Shown here: positions 61,271 to 64,000 of the stretch, piece after piece | Position numbering within the stretch: position 1 is the first letter of the stretch | Layout: each line of letters begins with the position of its first letter | Virus record (IMG/VR): IMGVR_UViG_3300008267_000013 | Span: 1 to 64,000 of that record | Length of the DNA stretch: 64,000 nt | Reading direction: 5' to 3' (one strand) | Source: a virus | Notes under the pieces: model-generated | What the model was told of the DNA's origin: nothing | What the model saw: the letters and a program-made list of their open reading frames with translations, nothing else | Database searches by the model: none | Program-made: the position numbers and the translations under genes

Positions 61271-61900
61271 CTAGGCGATGGGCTTCCAACCGTAGACCTT
61301 TTTGTCGAGCCGATCATGGCCTTGGAAGTCTCGGAGAACTCTACCCATATCGGGCTGTCCATCGTTTGAGGGTGATAACAGCTTTGGGGGGTGGTCCCAA
61401 CTATAGAGCGGACGGCTGTAGTCCTTTAGAGTGGGATGGAGCAGGCTGCGATCAAGGGTTGTGATGCAGATTGGTGCGGTGATGTTACGGCTCATATCAT
61501 GGAGCGGCATAACGTTGATGTTGATATGAGCAACGTGTTGGTAGCGGATCAAATCATCACAACCATTGGGAGTTTCGGGATAGTACCCACTAGCAGACTT
61601 TAAGATGGTACGAACAGTTTTCTTGTACTTTACATTACGGTACTCAAGGTAGTTACCAAAATAGCCGTGTACGCACTCATTGGGATCAGAGATGATGCAG
61701 TTAACATAATCGCCAGCATGATAATCATATGCTTCAATGATGGCACCTGATCCATATCCGCTGGCAATCAGGAGCTGCACTTGACGCAACCGCTCGCCTC
61801 CAACATGACGCCTAACAGCTTCAATCTGTGACAGGCGAACTCGGCAGACAGACTGGTTGTGATTGTACTCGCGGCAGTATCCACATTGACGATCACCCAT
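61271..61900 (-). CDS. Hypothetical protein with CCHC zinc knuckle
   Basis: CGYCREYNHNQSVC; GGAGG RBS. Confidence 0.6.
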   Translation of the reverse strand: MGDRQCGYCREYNHNQSVCRVRLSQIEAVRRHVGGERLRQVQLLIASGYGSGAIIEAYDYHAGDYVNCIISDPNECVHGYFGNYLEYRNVKYKKTVRTILKSASGYYPETPNGCDDLIRYQHVAHININVMPLHDMSRNITAPICITTLDRSLLHPTLKDYSRPLYSWDHPPKLLSPSNDGQPDMGRVLRDFQGHDRLDKKVYGWKPIA

Positions 61901-61910
61901 GATTGGCCTC

Positions 61911-62102
61911 CTAAGCAGCTATATAGAACGGATTGTCGGGTAGGTCAAGTCCAAAAGGGCTTGTGTAGGTTGAATACGTCCCATCGTTCAATACATAGAT
62001 ATGTAGCTGGTGGACATCGTTTGGATATACCTTATCCTCATAGATTAACCAGTATGTCCCATCATGCTTTCTACATAGGATATCACCAACTTGGACCATC
62101 AT
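61911..62102 (-). CDS. GD microprotein
   Basis: VQVGDIL...YWLI...LNDG...YIAA. Confidence 0.6.
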   Translation of the reverse strand: MMVQVGDILCRKHDGTYWLIYEDKVYPNDVHQLHIYVLNDGTYSTYTSPFGLDLPDNPFYIAA

Positions 62103-62434
62103 GCCTTGCCCTTGTGGTTAGCTACACCAGAAAAGGTTGCCACAGTTTCGAACTTGATACCAGTTTCCTTGGCACGATATGCCAATTGACAGTTCTTACC
62201 TGTATTCAGGCCGCTATTAGCCGCCCAATAACGGAGGTAGTCTTTTCTATCATCCTGTGATTGGAACCGCAAGATCTGGACTTGGGCCTGCTTACCCTCT
62301 CCAGAAGAGATACCAGCATAACGAACAGTAGACTCCTCAGAACAAATTTCACAATGGGTGGAGAGGCCACCAGCACGACGCTTGGCAGGCGAACGATGAT
62401 CAAACTGTTCGCCGCACACTTGACAGGTTCTCAT
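62099..62434 (-). CDS. Hypothetical Zn-ribbon protein
   Basis: CQVC...CEIC; ATGA-coupled to upstream gene. Confidence 0.6.
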   Translation of the reverse strand: MRTCQVCGEQFDHRSPAKRRAGGLSTHCEICSEESTVRYAGISSGEGKQAQVQILRFQSQDDRKDYLRYWAANSGLNTGKNCQLAYRAKETGIKFETVATFSGVANHKGKA

Positions 62435-62622
62435 GCTAACTTCCTCCACTTAATTCTTTCAAACTGATTATCCAAGTCCATGAACCAATCCCCAACCTCA
62501 CCATCTTCAAGTTTCAAGCACAGATGGTAATCGAGATCATCGATATAGTCAAGCACAAGCAGGGTGGCAGTTCCATACTGGGGATAACTATATTCCCAGA
62601 TGTCACCAATGTTGACAGTCAT
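62431..62622 (-). CDS. GD...KLA microprotein
   Basis: VNIGDIWEY...LLVL...LEDG...WRKLA; close to 57137 copy. Confidence 0.65.
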   Translation of the reverse strand: MTVNIGDIWEYSYPQYGTATLLVLDYIDDLDYHLCLKLEDGEVGDWFMDLDNQFERIKWRKLA

Positions 62623-62807
62623 GCCAGCACCTTAAACTCTGCCATGCCAAACTGGTATCTAACGTTTCTACCATTAGTCAGCGAGATAGTATCGTAAATA
62701 TATCCATCTACATCCTTATCAAGCCTGACAATAAGAAAAATATTATCGTCTCTATCCCAATCGTACTGGACAATATCCCCGACATGGCACAGCGGTTCGT
62801 TGCTCAT
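62619..62807 (-). CDS. GD...VLA microprotein
   Basis: HVGDIV...FLIV...LTNG...FKVLA; TTGACA-17-TAGGTT just upstream. Confidence 0.65.
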   Translation of the reverse strand: MSNEPLCHVGDIVQYDWDRDDNIFLIVRLDKDVDGYIYDTISLTNGRNVRYQFGMAEFKVLA

Positions 62808-62907
62808 GAGAGAAACCTACAGCGGGGCAGTTGGGTTGTCAAGCGGCAGAAAACGATAAAAGGGTAGGAGAGGGGGACTAGCCCCTCTCGTAGCGGGTAT
62901 TTCTAGA

Positions 62908-62982
62908 TGGTGCTTTCGGGAAGAGTTGCACTTCCATCACGAACTTTACAAGAGTTGTATTTTGCTATTAAACTACGAAAGC
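62908..62982 (-). tRNA. tRNA-Thr(UGU)
   Basis: GCTTTCG/CGAAAGC acceptor, loop CTTGTAA, T arm GGAAG/CTTCC, ACCA end. Confidence 0.8.
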
Positions 62983-63054
62983 TAGGAGTAATAAGCACTA
63001 ATTACATTATATAGTATACCACAAATAGAATAGTATTTAAATGTTTTTTGTTGT

Positions 63055-63126
63055 TGGAGGCCCGTGAGCGAGTTGAACGCTCTTAGCAGATTTAGAAGAT
63101 CCGCCGCTGAATCCGTCAGACGGGCC
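63055..63126 (-). tRNA. Atypical tRNA-Arg(UCU)
   Basis: GGCCCGT/ACGGGCC acceptor, loop CTTCTAA, TTCAACT T loop, TCCA end; shortened D arm. Confidence 0.7.
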
Positions 63127-63131
63127 ATAAA

Positions 63132-63647
63132 CTATCTTTTCTTGCTCAGACGTTCTTTTTTCTTTTTTTCATTATTGGCAGATTTGCATAATTCACACCT
63201 ACATTTTCTATATTGATAGGTATTAGGTGTTCCGTGAACCCAAGTAGAGGGATCACTTGTTGTACCACCTCTGGTGGTTACTTGTTTTGTCTGTCCGTAT
63301 TTTCCGGCACACTCTCTAGAACAGAATGGACCAGCTTTGCCCTTCTTAATGTTTCCTCTTACATCACGCGCTTCTCTTATAAATTCTTTTTCACAAAGTG
63401 GACAAATATGTTTACTAAGTTCAGCAATAGGAGCGTGCATCCTACTATGTTCTTCTCTTGATAGTATCTCTAGGTTCTCTATCCTATTATCTAGTTTGTT
63501 TTCATTTAGATGATGCACAACTTCATCAGTAGTCAGTCTCCTACCAATATGTTGTTCCATAATCCAACGATGTTCTAGATAATATCTAGATTTACCATCT
63601 ATCTTAACGCAAATATACTTGTAACCTTCTTTAGAAACGTGTGGCAT
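63132..63647 (-). CDS. HNH endonuclease within the tRNA cluster
   Basis: EHR..ME..IGR.L...EVVHHLNENKLDNRIENL...H...H; Zn ribbons. Confidence 0.88.
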   Translation of the reverse strand: MPHVSKEGYKYICVKIDGKSRYYLEHRWIMEQHIGRRLTTDEVVHHLNENKLDNRIENLEILSREEHSRMHAPIAELSKHICPLCEKEFIREARDVRGNIKKGKAGPFCSRECAGKYGQTKQVTTRGGTTSDPSTWVHGTPNTYQYRKCRCELCKSANNEKKKKERLSKKR

Positions 63648-63716
63648 AATTACCTCCTATTAGCCCCTCTACCATAATTAGTTAGTTGTGGCGGAAAAGG
63701 CTAACAGGAGGTGTCA

Positions 63717-64000
63717 TGGTCCCAGCTGAGCGAGTCGAACGCTCAATCCCGTAAGGGCGGTTGATTTTCTTACCACTTCAGCTTTCGCTGCCATCTTTCG
63801 ATGTTTGTGGTCTGGACTATGCCTTCACCTTTTAATCTTTCGATCAGTCAGGTGGGTGCCGTCTAGTCTCTACACGTTCTAGATATTTCTATCTAGCTTC
63901 GCTCGGCGTTGCCAGTTAAGGGTTCACCGAATTTGACACCATTCAGATAGAGGATTTCGCCTCTACTGCTCAATTAAATAAGTCAACTGTGTATGCCATT
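63717..64000 (-). tRNA. tRNA-Leu(UAA), intron-split, 5' end outside window
   Basis: 5' exon ...GTTGACTT, 3' exon AAAATCAAC, long variable arm, GTTCGACTC, ACCA. Confidence 0.85.
63769..63979 (-). mobile_element. 211-nt group I intron (IC3-like) in the anticodon
   Basis: AAATTCGGTGAA, GGCAACGCCGAG, AGAGACTAGACGGCACCCACC, GAAGGCATAGTCC, terminal G; exon CUU pairs with IGS GAG. Confidence 0.9.

Noticed and set aside
58683-61464. Long + strand ORFs (59184, 59977, 60129 and others)
   Set aside because: Antisense shadows of the AAA and VWA genes; no motifs or RBS
63085-63105. Amber suppressor reading (CUA) of the atypical tRNA
   Set aside because: Stem pairing centres the loop on UCU, and TAG is used as a normal stop in this window
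1-64000. Stop-codon reassignment
   Set aside because: Conserved genes are full length in code 11 and end in TAA, TAG or TGA; only one in-frame TGA seen

Overview
64 kb of a large, AT-rich tailed (myovirus-like) phage genome. Positions 1-57331 are densely coded on the + strand. They carry the end of a tail/baseplate module and a replication/repair block (short PolA-like protein, tubulin/FtsZ-like protein, gp32-like SSB, RecA, UvsE, Pth2, deaminase, 5' nuclease, intein-containing DnaB/gp41 helicase). Next come class Ia ribonucleotide reductase with nrdA fractured by a split intein plus GIY-YIG gene, ThyX, DnaE, dUTPase and sugar-nucleotide enzymes. A proteostasis set (GroES/GroEL, Hsp20, ClpP, Ate/Bpt-like aminoacyl-transferase), putative internal head proteins and a GH19 endolysin follow. 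The + strand ends with a candidate ~325-nt structured RNA and an array of 24 divergent ~60-80 aa 'GD(I/L/V)...KVA-stop' microprotein genes. A ~1.35 kb non-coding gap with a symmetric 4-box dyad separates this from a convergent, GC-richer - strand block: MoxR-like AAA ATPase, DUF2201-like VWA/metallopeptidase, three more GD microproteins, tRNA-Thr, an atypical tRNA-Arg, an HNH gene and tRNA-Leu(UAA) with a group I intron. Best candidates for undescribed biology: the microprotein array, the large RNA, the transferase/atypical tRNA-Arg pair and an RF2-like +1 frameshift. All calls are from motif recognition by eye; no searches were run.
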